Below are positions 12,411 through 26,650 of a DNA stretch of 64,000 bases, one piece after another. A program made the translations under genes and the position numbers. The notes under the pieces were generated by a model. The model worked only from the letters and a program-made list of their open reading frames with translations, did not search any database and was not told where the DNA came from. The number at the start of each line of letters is the position of its first letter. Position 1 is the first letter of the stretch. Origin of the DNA: the human T2T-CHM13v2.0 reference genome, Homo sapiens; the NCBI RefSeq assembly GCF_009914755.1, contig NC_060945.1; one strand, given 5' to 3'.

Positions 12411-12438
12411 CACTCACACACACACACACACACTCACA
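12411..12438 (+). repeat. Short (CA)n microsatellite, (UG)n in the pre-mRNA
   Basis: cactcacacacacacacacacactcaca. Confidence 0.85.
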
Positions 12439-13264
12439 AAACCCCCATTCCTCCAGACTCACATACTAAATCACACACATGCACGTATCCCTCTGAGGAC
12501 AAATTATTTCAGTGTAATTGAAAGTAGGCGGATGGATAGGATTCACGTACATTATCCATGTCAGGTGTAGCTCATTAAATTGGATGTGTAATTTATATAA
12601 GATGTCGTGGTCAGCTTGACATATATCCCACATATACATTTTTTTTTTCATGGTATCCAAAGCAACCATGCCTAAAGAGACAGATTAAATACTGCAGGCA
12701 GGGCTGGGGGCCCGCAAGACTCGCATCAGATTCCTTTTCTAGGAGGATTCCAGGAATGGACCCTTGTCTGAGAGCCAATATAAGCATTTCAAACACAGGG
12801 CTTCCCCACCTCCCCACCCTGTGTGTGCTACAGTATCATCCTCCAACCGCATGACAACAGCACAAACCAGTTCACTGCTCACAGTCCTTTTCTCTAGCTT
12901 TTGTGATCCTCTTTTAACGACAGATTTTTTTTTTATTGTGGATTTTTCCAAAGAAGCAAGATAGTTTTTATGATAATATTTTTGTCCCAAAGCCCATCTC
13001 ATTTTTCTTTTTGCAGGAAGTTAAAACATGCACACAGCATAGGCCATCATTCCTGAAGGATTAACTGTCATTTAAAAACCTTATTTCTCACTTTTTTTTT
13101 TTTTTTACTACATTTGGGTTCCCTGCTGCGTTCATAATAACCCTATTCTTAATAACACTTAGGCTGAAGCACTATTTTTGAAGGCTACTTCACTAATCTC
13201 GCTGTGTGAAAGGGGAGAGAAATAGTGCTTCGTAAATAAATTCCGAAAGATTATCTGCTACTTA

Positions 13265-13570
<306 letters not shown>

Positions 13571-13832
13571 TCAGCAAAGCAGGGTTCTTGATTTTCCCTG
13601 GCAAAACACTCAGGTAAACCATGCTTCAAGAGATATTTCTTCAAAATGAAATTTATTCAAGAAACTGCTGCATGAGAATCTCGAGCAAAATAAAGGAAAG
13701 GCACCAGAAAAATGAAACTTGAGTAAGTGAGCCCTCAGCAGAAATTGCCATGCCGTTTCATATCCACGGCACGTTGCTCTTCCAACCCTGTTGAGGGCTA
13801 TGGCCTATGTCCCTTAGCACACCCAGAATGAT

Positions 13833-14206
13833 TGATATGGGTTGGCTGTGTCCCCACCCAAATCTCATCTGGAATTGTATGCCCATAATTCATTCCCATG
13901 TTTCATGGGAGGAACCTGGTGGGGGGTAATTGAGTCATGGAGGCGGATCTTTCCCATGCTGTTCTCATGATAGTGAGTAAGTCTTATGAGATCTGATGGT
14001 TTTAAAAATGGGATTTTCTCTGCACAAGTGCTCTCTCTTTGCCTGCTGCCAACCATGTAGGATGTGACTTGCTCCTCCTCGCCTTCCATCATGGTCATGA
14101 GGCCTCCCCAGCCACATGGAACTGTAAGTCCATTAAACCTCTTTCTTTTGTAAACAGCCCAGTCTCAGGCATGTCTGTATCAGCAGCATGAAAACGGACT
14201 AATACA
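13833..14206 (+). mobile_element. THE1-family (MaLR) solo LTR with 5-bp TSD ATGAT
   Basis: Begins tgatatgggttggctgtgtccccacccaaatctcatc and ends aaaacggactaataca. ATGAT flanks both sides (13828-13832 and 14207-14211). Confidence 0.92.
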
Positions 14207-15904
14207 ATGATGTTACTGGTTTCTAACTATCATTATAAACAATGGGGATAAAACTTCCACTTTTAGTCAACTTTAGGTGAATCCCTTGTTGCTGCTAACC
14301 AGTCCTTGTAACCACTTTTCACAATGCCCATCTCCCACAGTTGTTATAAACCTTGCAAACCTTTATCAGTCACTGGAGACCTCAAACCTGTCCTTCTTCC
14401 ATAACTTATAGCAGAGAATCTCGTCTCCAATTTACTGAGAAAAGGGAACCCTTTATTTGTGAAGCTTCTCAAGTTTCCTTTTCCCACATCAAAATTAAAA
14501 GAAGTCTAATACATAGACTTCTTTTCTTGGCAATAGATGACAAAAGATCCCACCCCAATTCCACAAGCCACTTATAAATTGTAGACTGCATATGACAAAC
14601 ACCTTTTAAAATGCATACTAAGCTTATCAGAAAGTGAGAGAAAAACCAGAGACCAAACACAAAAGCTGATAGTGAAAAGCCAGAGGTAATATATAATGGC
14701 GGTGCTTTGACTACCTGAGAGGCATGACATTAAATATGAGACCTCCAAAGCCAGGCTCCTCAAAGGGTTCTATCTTGACAGAAAGTATATAACCAAAATA
14801 ATAATAACAATAAATAAAAATCCACAAAGGCAAAGAGAGAAGAAAGCTGCCTCAGCTTGTGTTATATATGTAGAAAAACAATCTCTCCCCTGAGAATTTA
14901 TAAAACTGGCCTGACTCTACATAGGTCTGTAGTCAAATTCATGCTAAAGCTTTAACATGAAGGTGACCGTAATTTGATAATGGCCTGAGGAGCCTAGCAA
15001 AAGCTAACATACTCTAGAAGAATGTGTCCTCTGTCCAGGCCCACTGAAATGCACCCAGATAAAGCCCTGCTGGCCGTGAGCTCACAAACTGAAACTAAAG
15101 AACACATGAGAAAACTAACACCATGATTGAGAACCAGCCTCCCAGGACTTCAGATGATACAGTTGTCAGATACAGACTGCAAAATAACTATGCAAGAATG
15201 TTTAAAGATATTTTAAAAATATGATAAAGGAACAAGATGTTAACAAAAAGGACTAGAAAGGTTTGAAAATTCATCAAAACATAACAACCTTTTTATTTGC
15301 TTTTTATCTCATTTCCCCAATCACAGGAAGAAGCTCCCTTCCCCCATTTCTGAGGTCAAGCTCAGACTACGTACTTGATTGCTTGCCTCGTAAGACTTCC
15401 AAGGTACTTGACCATAGAAACACTGTGGCTTCTTCTAAGACTGGCACATACTGGGTCATGTCTTTTCCCATGGCTTACTAGAGAGGTTTGAGACATATAA
15501 TGAAACGTCAAAATACTACCAGTTCCGTAGCCTGAACACCCACAGAAGAACCTACATTTGGGAGTTTCTCTAGAGTCAGCAGCCATGTGGCAGAGATGTG
15601 CCCCACAGCACTGACCGTGTAATAAGATGGAAAGTAGGCAAATTGGTGACTCAAGAAAGAGGTGCCAAGAGTCCTGCATATCAAGGACAGTTGCTCACAA
15701 CTGTTGTGAAATTCCTTTTCTGGCATTTCTGAGATGCAGCAAAACTGGCTGTACTGTCCCCAGCCTTTGGTTCTGATCCCCCCCTTCCCCTAGCCTATAA
15801 AATAAATAAAAATGTTTATTTTTATTAATAGCTTTATTGTGGTATAATATCCATACCATAAAATTCACCTGTTTTAAGTGTGCAATTCAGTTGTACACTT
15901 AATA

Positions 15905-16350
15905 TTGCATTCGCTTCCTAGAGTGCCTGTAACAAATTACTAGAATCTATGTGGCTTATAATAACAGAAATTTCTTCTCTCACAGTTCTGGAGGCTGGAA
16001 TTCCAAAATCAAGTCGACAACAGAGCCATGCTCCCTCTAAGAGCTCTAGAGGAAGACCCTTCCTTGCCTCTTCCAGCTTCTGGTGGCCCCAGGCATTCCT
16101 TGGCTTGTGGCGGCAAAACTTCAGCTTCTGCCTTATCTTCACATAATTTACATTCTTCTTTGAATGTTTCTGTGTCTTTTCACATGGACTTCTTATGAGG
16201 ATACCAGTCACTGGATTTAGGACCTACCCTAATGCAGTATGATCTCTTCTTAACGAATTATATTTGCAAAGACTCTATTTCCATATAAGGTCATATTCCA
16301 AGGTTCTAAGGGGACATTAATTTTTGGGGATACTATTCAACCCATTACAA
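15905..16350 (-). mobile_element. MLT1-family (MaLR) LTR
   Basis: ctctcacagttctggaggctggaattccaaaatcaag...tttgcaaagactctatttcc...ggggatactattcaacccattaca. Confidence 0.85.
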
Positions 16351-16543
16351 ATATATTTATATTATCCAGTACATATACATATATACCATTATAACCTGTA
16401 TACAAATATACACAGTTGTATAATCATCACTGAATCAAATCTTAAAGCATTTACATTACCCCAAAAGATTTCTCCTGCCCATTTGCAGTCATTTCTCTTT
16501 TCCCCCTCAAGTTCTAAGCAATCACTAATCTACCTTCTCTCCC

Positions 16544-16921
16544 TGATATGGTTTGGCTGTGTCCCCACCCAACTCTCATCTTGAATTGTAGTTTCCATAA
16601 ATACAATTCGTCTCCCATAGTGTCATGGGAGAGGCCTGGTGGGAGATAATTGAATCATAGGGGTGGTTACCTCCATGCTGGTCTCGTGATAGTGAGTGAG
16701 GTCTCACAAGAGCTAATGGTTTTATGAGGGGCTTTCCGCCCTTTACTCTGCACTTCCCCTTCCTGCCGCCATGTGAAGAAGCATATGTTTGCTTCCCCTT
16801 TCACCATGATTGTAAGTTTCCTGAGGCTTCCCTAGTCGCATAGGACTGTGACTCAGTTAAGCCTCCTTCCTTTATAAATTACCCAGTCTCTGGTATGTCT
16901 TTAAAAGAACAGACTAACACA
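16544..16921 (+). mobile_element. THE1-family solo LTR (C/D-like)
   Basis: tgatatggtttggctgtgtccccaccc...aaattacccagtctctggtatgtct...gactaacaca. Confidence 0.88.
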
Positions 16922-17425
16922 ATACCCGTATTACCTTTTTAGATCATTTTTTATAAATGGAATCATATAGCATGTATTCTTTAGTATCTAGCTTTCTGGA
17001 TTTTTTTCACTAAGCATAATGTTGTCAAGGTTCATCCATGTCATAGCACAGTACTTTGTTCCTTTTTATTGCTAAATGATATTGCAGCACACGGATATAC
17101 TGCATTTTTTTAAATCCACTCACCCACTGATGCACACTGGGGTTGTTTCTACTTTGGGGCTATTATGAGTAATTATACTATAAATATTCCTGTATAAGCT
17201 GTTGTGTGAACAAATGTTTTCATTTTTTTCCAGGAGAGATTCCTAGAAGTGGAACTACTGGGTTATATGGCAATTTCATGTTTAACATTTTGAGAAACTG
17301 CCACACTGTTTGACCAAGTGGCAGCACCATTTTGCACTCTTGTGGCCGGAGATTGGAGAGAGAAGAGGGAATAAGAGGAGGTGTTAAGATTCAGCATTTA
17401 TGGTGAGGGAACAAGAACATTCCCT

Positions 17426-17474
17426 TTCAACCATTTGAGTTCAACAATTTAAGTTCAACCATTTGAATTCAACA
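17426..17474 (+). repeat. 14-bp tandem repeat x3.5
   Basis: ttcaaccatttgag ttcaacaatttaag ttcaaccatttgaa ttcaaca. Confidence 0.8.
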
Positions 17475-19043
17475 GGGGAACTCAAAGAGTAGAGATTGGG
17501 TGCACCTATAAAAAGGTGAGCTGGCATGTTCCTCGACAGCTGGAGGCTTACTGGCTGTAGAAACCCCAGGCTCACCATGGATCTGCCATCACAGAGGAAC
17601 TGAAGGTGGTGGCACTTTCTGTTTGGCCTCAATCCACTAATCAAGATTTTTTCTCATACGGGAAAGAGGCTAACTCAAGATAATTAGAGATCTCAAAGCC
17701 AACAAAAGTAACCTAAATTACAAAACTGTGAATAAATAAATTACAGGCCTATGAACAAGAAAATATTTACTCCTCATTCTTTCTCTCACGACTGGGGAAT
17801 GTGAATCAGAAACCATGACACCCACATATAATTTAGCTTTGAAAGGTGACCCCTGTCCACTACCATCAACCCCCACGCCCCAATTCCTGATGAGTGTCCT
17901 GATTCCTGCAACACCCTCATCCTTAGAATAAAATATAGAAACTCTTGTTGCAAAACTGAAAATCAATCCATGTTTAATGCCTCCCAGTCTCCTGGGCATC
18001 TCAAGGCTATGGTCAGGATTTCCTATTTTGCAGTGTTTGTAAAAAGGAAATGTATAAAATGGTAAGACATAAAAACAGACAGTTTTCCTTTGAGAACTTG
18101 GTAAGTCACCATCATCACCTCCCAAATCCAGGGTAGTTTAACACTCACTGACTATATTCCAATGAGAGCAAGCCAATTCTGAAGTAAGGGTTTCTGTCCT
18201 ATTCTAGGAGCTCCAAGGCTGGTGTTGACCCAGAATGTAATTCCCTAGTACTTTAAAACCACCAACTGGAAGAACTGTTCTCCAAAAACTGCAGCATTGT
18301 TTTGAGGACTTGTTTGTTTTCTTCTCTTTTCCTTTTTTAAAAAAATAATCACAAGTTTTATCGCATTTGATGAGAGAAGTACCTTGGCCAAACCATAGAC
18401 CTCTGGTTTGTTTATGACTTGCCCATCTTAATCTGCACACAATACTCCTCAGTTTTATTTAGATTTCTACTTTGAAAGAGTGCCCTACTAAAATGGGTAT
18501 TTTTGTTCTGGTTATTAAATTCAGCACTTAGAGAGAAATGCTCTGACTAGCCCATGTTCTCCTATCCAGCTCAAGTATTTTCAGCCCTTTAAAGTAATGG
18601 TGGAAAGGAAAAAATGAATCATTACCATGGCTTCTTTGCAATGCTAATGTTTGAAGGCATGACCTTTTCACTTGTCACAGTTATGGATGCCTAGAGATGA
18701 CAACATGTCTGTACAGCAGCCCTTTTTGCGAGGATTTCTGAAGCATAACAAATGGATGGGGTAATTTAACAGGGATTGGTACCAAGGAGAGGCTGTGGGC
18801 AAACCCTGCTAGCAGGGCCAAGGGAGATCCAGACCCAAGAAGGCTTTGTCCAAAGGTTGTGTGCTGCGTGCCTCTCTTGCAAAATTACCCATTGAGGAAG
18901 GTGCTGTTTTACATCATATCAATTTATAAATTTGCTTCATAAACTATAATATTATCTAACAGCATCCTTAATGCTCAGTAAATCTGTGTTCTTATGATAT
19001 AAGGGAGCATCCCTCTGACCTACTTTTTTGCAGCATAAAGATG

Positions 19044-19258
19044 CAGTGGTGTAGTGGAGCTGCTGTCATTGGCCAGGGAGATCTGATTGTGCACATCTCT
19101 GCCCAGCTTGGCAGTGCAGTCATGTCTCTTTCCCATTTAGCTTGAAATTGGCAATGGTGGTAGTATTTATACCACTGAAATTGGCGAGTGCTAGAAATCA
19201 CGGCTTTCTCCATCCTCTCCCCCTCAATAGCTAATTGTTAAACATTTACCAGAATAAT
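19044..19258. mobile_element. MER63-like hAT-Blackjack non-autonomous DNA transposon
   Basis: cagtggtgtagtggagc...ttgaaattggcaatggtggtagtatttataccactgaaattggc...gttaaacatttaccag matches my recall of the MER63 consensus. Confidence 0.6.
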
Positions 19259-20867
19259 ACTTAGGAGAGTGTTTCACTATATTAATAATTTTAAAGGGTG
19301 TTCCCATCGTACAAGAGATACTGAGAAGATAGTAAGATTAAGCTAAGAGCAATAATTAACTTTATCAATGAAAGTAAACCCTTATTTATTAATTAAATAA
19401 TTAAAATATGAACAGTTTGTCACTGTACGTTTTGACAAGTAATTCAGTGATAAATTGATGAATATCTTAATTTTTTAACCCTAGGATACAGAGAGAATGA
19501 AAAATTCTATCAATAAATCACTGATATTAAAGACTGGTTCCAAACTTTACTCTCAAGTCTTTTAATGACTCTATCAATAATGCAAAATTAATCCTTATAC
19601 ATTTTTATGGTTTTTGTTCCTACCTGGTTCTGCTGAAAAGAAAACAGATTGAAAAGAAAACAACTGAAAAGAAAACAGGAGAAAGTACCAAACAGCCTGG
19701 ATAATCCCGAATGAGACAAGATTCCTGTCACAAGCATCTGGCTCAATACTTTCATTTTATAGAGAAGAAAGGGTGTCAAATGCCCAAATACAGGAGTCCA
19801 TCAGGATCTGACTCTGATCGGTCCTATTTGAAAACCATCATCGTCATGATCACCCCAAACATAGGAGATGGCCAACTGTCCCAGGGTGTCCAGGACTTCC
19901 AGTGTTTTAACACAGGAAGTCTGTATCCTGGGAAGTTTCTCAGTCCCTCCAGGCATTCAGAGCAGATATGGCAGAGGAGGGTGTGGAGCCAAGAACGAGG
20001 CAGCATAAACCTGGCCCAATGCCCAAGATGGGAAACTGAGGCAGGAATTACAGGGTTCCCGGGTGGGAGGTCAAAAGAAGGAGATGCTCTGGGACATAAA
20101 CACATTTTAAAGCTATTTTTTCAAGTCCCTTTTAAACCAGTCCTCCCAAATTTTTATTATGAAAAAATTTCAAACATACAGGAAGCCAATCAGCCATGTA
20201 TCTACTGCCTGGATTCCACAGTTCACACTTTAATGCACAGTGTTGAATCAAAATGTGTTTTCTTTGTTATCAAGATTTACTGAATACATTTTTTTTATTA
20301 TTCTATTTTAAAACTACCTTGGGTAAACACATACATCAGCGTGGGTCTCAAAGGTCGAGCTGTAAGATGGCAGCCACCTGCCTGGATTCTGCAGCTCAGG
20401 GTGCAGACCCACTGGCCTCCTGGTGTCCCAGGTAAAGGAACTGCCGCACCCTGGCCTGCAGAGGTGATGTGGGGTTAGGTGGTGCCTGGGGTAGAGTGGT
20501 GCCCCTCACATATGTCTTACCAAAAGGAAAGGTGAGGAAGGGGCCTGGGAGCAGAGAATCTGACTCCAACCTCCTGCCGCTGGGACTGGGCAGGACCCTT
20601 GGCCGTCCTGGGTTTTGGCTTTCTCACCTGAGTCATAGAGGAGCTGAATGGGATCACGGGCTCTCAACCTGGCCTGTATCTCGGAATCACCTAGAAGCCT
20701 TTAAAATAGGCCAGTGCTCAGGCCCCACCGCACGTTGGCTCAGAGTCCCTGGGGGTGGGGGTTATGCATGGATTTATTTAAGTTTCCCAGACGATCCTAA
20801 AATATACAGCCTGGATTGAAACAACTCAATCCGATGATCCCCAAGGTCTTTTCCCCCACTAATTGCC

Positions 20868-21035
20868 ATTTCCCCTCCTTCTCCTTTTTTCTTTATTTCT
20901 TTCCCTCTATCCTTCTGTTCCTCCCTCCCAATTTTTTCTTCATTTTTCCCTTCCTTCCTTCTTCACTTTCCCCTCTCTTTCTTCTGTTTCATCCTCCCTC
21001 TATTTCTGTCTCCTGCTTTTTTCTGTTTTCTCCTT
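20868..21035 (+). repeat. Polypyrimidine (TC-rich) low-complexity tract
   Basis: ~165 bp that is almost all C/T on the plus strand. Confidence 0.85.
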
Positions 21036-21387
21036 CACAGTGCCATAATAACAACAATAGCTAATTTTTATGAGTGTTGACTGTGTGCTAAGAACTTTTC
21101 CATATACTGCATAAGTATTTCAGCCATACGACATGATGGAATAAAAACACTAGCCATGGAAATGACCCAAGACACATGAGTACTATTTTAAGTTGATTCT
21201 AAATTATGCTATAAATAGAAGTGAGACACATAGACAAAACATTTCCAGCAGATTAATTGGATTTGCATCTATATTAACAAAGGTCTATGCAGATGGTCAA
21301 ATAGAAACCAGACACCAAACACCGCCTTTAAATGGGCAAAAATAAAGATTAGAATATAAGAGAATTTTGGAATTAATTTCTACTTGA

Positions 21388-21721
<334 letters not shown>

Positions 21722-22451
21722 TCTCCTTAATTTCTAAGTAAGGAAACAGAGAACTAGGGGGTTTAAGACTGGAAATGACTAGACCTATTCCCCTTGCCTC
21801 TCTCCTATCCCTAATGCAAAGTTCTATTTTATTTAGTAAGTTTATTAAAAAATCAATATTACCATAAAAGTAATACAGTAAAATGATCTTCATTAATCCC
21901 TAAAGTGATGAATCTTTCCCATCCCCTCTCTTCCCTTCTCTTTCCTCCTTCCTTCCTCCAGGGTCTGGAAAGCTAAATGGTAGTAGCAGCACAGTTAGTT
22001 AATAACGCATCTGTCCTTCTGTCCTTTCACGTCTCAGATCATTTTCATATCATGAGCTTGCAGCAACACATGTGTTTCTCAGTGGAGAAGGGATTCTTAA
22101 TTCCATTTACCTATAATTACCTAGGATGGGGAAACTAAGTAATTAGCCTAAAGTCATACAACTAGTAAATGGAAGATCTAGAAGGAGAATCCAGGTCTTC
22201 TGATTCCAAGTGCAAAGCCTCTTTCCCTTATAGTAGCGGAGGAGGCCAAGGGTGCAGAGTGTCTGACCACAGGGGTATCTGACAGCCTGACTGTCTTCAA
22301 GCCTGAACACCCTTGGAAGCCCCTCAGTCTGGGGCCTGAGTCCATTTACAGGAGACTCCTCATAAAGTCCGTGAAATTTCCACTTTCTCAGCTGCAAGGC
22401 AAGACCCAAACATCTCCCGCAAGCCTATTGCATATTTGTAGAATTAAGCAG

Positions 22452-23200
22452 ACGAGACTGGCTACACAATTTGCAGGACCCAGAGCAAAATGAAAATATG
22501 GAGGCTTTTGTTCAAAAAGCAGGAAAAAGGTGCCATTAAAGTTCTAAAATATAAAGCTTTTTCCTTCCTTCTGTGGTCTCCCTCTCTCCCTCTGTCATGA
22601 TGGCCTTTATTTTTTATTTAATATCCCACTTCCTCTGGCATGGTGATACTGGCTGGTCAAGTGCTGACCCTCCCTAACTCCCAGTAACAGCCCTGTGACT
22701 TGGCATGCACACTCATGTGCCCCACCACATGCCTGGATCCCCACCATCATCATACCCAGGCCAGGGTGGGGACGTGTAGTCAGGCCTCTCTCAGTCGAAT
22801 AGGTGACCTTCAGTGACCTGGAGACCCACCCTGCCCGGTCATCCTCTGTAAACTCTCTGGTACTGCCACCTAGAAGCAGGGAGGGGTGCCACACCCAGAA
22901 ATGTTACAGGAGGCTGTCTCTGACCTTCTCCACATACTTACCCAGATCCCCATGGACTGGATGACCATAGCCATTGCTGGGCAGTTGCAGGAAAGGGGAG
23001 CCTGGGGCTCCAGGGGGCAGGAAAGTGAACAGCTGAAAACCTATTCTGGAGAGGCAGTGGGAGGTGGGATGACATGGGAGCTGTGGCTCCACATACCCTG
23101 TTCATGCTCCATTGTCACACTGGACTTCACTTGCAAAACACAATTTCAAAGACAAAATTGTTAAGAATTCAAGATGGCGGCTGCAGATAATCTTTGGCTT
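22452..23200. mobile_element. MER45-like hAT-Tip100 element
   Basis: ctggctacacaatttgcaggacccagagcaaaatgaaaat... at the start and ggacttcacttgcaaaacacaatttcaaag...aagatggcggctgcag at the end. Confidence 0.55.
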
Positions 23201-23583
23201 GTGGGACTGGACTGGTCTTGTACCGATGATGCTGTCCCTGAATGTCAGGACAGTACTCCACTTCCTAGGCAGCCTCTACTGCTTCCAGTAGAAAGAAACA
23301 GCCCAGGTACCTTGAGCAGGAGGGGAATAAGAAGAGCTGAGGAGAGGGCAGTCTCTTGGATAAGACTTAGATATGAGTAACCACAATCTGGAATCTGAAG
23401 TAGGGAGCCCACTCTGCCCATCATGAAGGCAATGGGTACAGAGGCAAGCCTTAATGAGGGAAGTGACTAATCCACTTGCAATCAACATCTTCCCAAGCCA
23501 CTCAATACATCACGATTATCTTTCATTAAACCTGTGGTCCCTATTCCTTACATCACCTGGGAGCCATAAAAACACCCACAGTA

Positions 23584-24261
23584 TGCTGAGAATGATGACT
23601 TCCAGCTTCATCCCCTGGAAAGGATAAGATCTCATTCTTTTTTATGGCTGCATAGTATTCCATCATGTATACATGCCACATTTTCTTTATCCAGTCTATC
23701 ATTAATGGGCATTTGGGTTGTTTCCAAGTCTTTGCTATTGTAAATACTGCAGCAATAAACATAAGTGTGCATGTGTCTTTATTGTAGAATGAGTTATAAT
23801 CCTTTGGGTATATAACCAGTAATGGGATTGCTGGGTCAAATGGTATTTCTGGTTTTAGATCCTTGAGGAATCACCACACTGTTTTCCACAATGGTTGAAC
23901 TAATTTACACTCCCACCCACAGTGTAAAAGCATTCCTATTTCTCCACAGCCTCGCCAGCATATGTTGTTCCTGACTTTTTAATAATAGCCATTCTGACTA
24001 TTCTCACTTATAAGTGGGAGTTGATCAATGAGAATACGTGGACACAGGGAGGGGAACAACACGCACCGGGGCCTGTCGGTGGGTGGGGCAAGGGGAGGGA
24101 GAGCATTAGGACAAATATCTAATGCATGCAGGGCTTAAAACCTAGATGACAGGTTGATGGGTGCAGCAAACCACCATGGCACATATATACCTATGTAACA
24201 AACCTGCACATTCTGCACATGTATTCTGGAACTTAAAGTAAAATTAAAAAAACAAAAAACA
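23584..24261 (+). mobile_element. 5'-inverted (twin-primed) L1PA insertion with 16-bp TSD AAAAACACCCACAGTA
   Basis: 23584-~23999 is antisense L1 (ORF2 end/3'UTR). ~24000-24261 is the sense 3'UTR plus A-tail. TSD at 23568-23583 and 24262-24277. Confidence 0.92.
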
Positions 24262-24324
24262 AAAAACACCCACAGTAGTATCTTCCCAGTCACAGCGAAT
24301 ACTTGCTGTCCTCAGGATTCTTTT

Positions 24325-24910
24325 TTTTTTTTTTTTGGTAAAATACACATAACAAAAAATTGGTCATTTTGGTCACTTTCAGTGGACAAAGTACATTCTT
24401 AGTCTGTCTTCAAATCAGAACACCCTTGGAAGCCCCTCATTCTGGGGCCTGAGTCCATTTACAGGAGACTCCCCATAAAGTCCTTGAAATTTCCATTTTC
24501 TCAGCTGCAAGGCACATTGCTGTACAGCCTTCACTACAATTCATCCCCCAAACTTTTTCTTCTTCCCAACCTGAAACTTGGCAACTCTTAAACAATCCCT
24601 ATTCTCTCCTTTTCCTGGCCCCCAGGCCCTGGCAGTCACCATTCTACTTTCCGTCTCTATGAATTTGACTTCTCTGGGGACCTCCTATAAGAAGAATCAT
24701 ACAGTATTTGTCTTTTTGTATCTGGCTCATTTTACTTAGCATAATCTCCTCAAGGTTCAGTCAAGCTGTAGCCTGTGTCTGAATTTCCTTCTTTTCTAAG
24801 CCTGAATTATATTTCAAGATATGTGTACACAGCATTTTTTTAATCCAGTCATCTGTCAACGGACACTTGTGTTGCTTTCACCTTTTGGCTATTGTGAACA
24901 CTGGTGTACA
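24325..24910 (-). mobile_element. L1MB-like 3' end containing a foreign 111-bp insert
   Basis: ggtaaaatacacataac...accattctactttccgtctctatgaatttgact...ccttttggctattgtgaa. Confidence 0.75.
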
Positions 24911-25610
24911 AAACATTATTTTTTAGAGTCTGTAGAACTTTGCTAGAGAAAATGGCTTGAGTCTTTTTGCCTGTTTCTTCTCAAGCCATTCAAAGGCCAA
25001 GCAGTATTTTCCCTGTTTGTGGTCTCTGCCTCTCAGTTTCATCTCCGTTTCCTCATCTGTAAGAACAATGAGACCTGCCGCCTCCTAAGGCTGTAATGAG
25101 GATTAATGAGATTATGTTAGAGGAACCCTCTGAGGGTGTTGGAAGAATGGCCCCACAGAAACACCAAGTGTGATTATCCCTGCTGCAGAATCAAAAATTT
25201 CTCCTGTCCAAATACTTATTGTTCATAAGATTTCGGCAAGTGAGGCTGCCTACTGGGCAGCTCTAATCCTTATAAAGAAAATGATTTTTCCAGCCAGGAA
25301 TTAACAAATTCTTAGCACATACTAAAATATCTCCTCAGCTGGGTTATTATGCTTACATAATGAAGTTACTTAGATTATAACCGTTAATCAAATTCATGTT
25401 TCCAAGCTGGAGTGGGTCATATTTGATGCTAAGCTTGAACAAGAATGACAACATCTCCACTTCCTGGCAGCTTTTCCAGGCCCTTATGACATGATTGAAT
25501 GTGTCAGGGGAAAGACGAAGAACATTTAGGGTTCATATTACATTCACTCTGAAGTTATTTCAAGTCACATTATTGGAAGAAAGTTGATTTATTTTTTAAG
25601 ACAAGTATGA

Positions 25611-26054
<444 letters not shown>

Positions 26055-26219
26055 TAATAATTATGTAGAAAAAGGAAAATAGTAAATAGATTTTGATTTC
26101 CTGCCATCAATGATAGTAAAAAAATAAAGAAACAAGGAAGAAAATAGATCATGTCATCCTGAAAAATTGGGTAAGTGCTGTCCAGGATATTAATTGCAGC
26201 AAAAATATATTATGAGCCA

Positions 26220-26650
26220 TGGGTTAGCCAGTTTTTAAGGTGACCTGTGGTAATCTCATCTCCTGGAATTCAAACTCTCCACATTTTATCACTCTGAGAC
26301 CAGATTATAAAAGGACTGTAGCTTCTACCTTCTACTTGGGTGCCCCAGTTCTCTCTCTTTCTGTCTGATCACTTGCTCCAGGGAAGCCTGCCATGATATC
26401 ACCAGGATACCCATGTGGCCTATGGAGAGGACCATGAGAAGGACAAGTCTTGGGCCAATAGCCTGCCAACAACCCTGTGTGGGAGCTGGGGGGTGGATTC
26501 CACCCCCGCCACCCTTCACTCTTATATTCAGATGCATTTCCCAGAAGGCAAGCAGTTTCCATGTGGCTTGGGGACAGACACAGAGTTGTCATGTCTGAAG
26601 CCATGTTCTAACTTTTGAGCAGCTGCTTTATGTACAGCTGTTTTTCATGG
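26220..26650 (+). mobile_element. Old MLT1 (F/G-like) LTR
   Basis: attataaaaggactgtagcttct...cctatggagaggaccatg...aagcca...gctgctttatgtacagc. Confidence 0.55.

Larger units (their letters stand above)
15812..17340 (-). mobile_element. Old L1M 3' region interrupted by an MLT1 LTR and a THE1 LTR (nested cluster)
   Basis: L1M-like segments at ~15812-15900, 16395-16543 and 16922-17340 (aaatggaatcatatagcatgt, ttttgagaaactgccacactgttt). Confidence 0.7.

Noticed and set aside
19634-19686. GAAAAGAAAACA-based 15-16-bp triplication, and small duplications at 52410-52450 and 52671-52705
   Set aside because: Ordinary slippage-type micro-duplications with no further structure.
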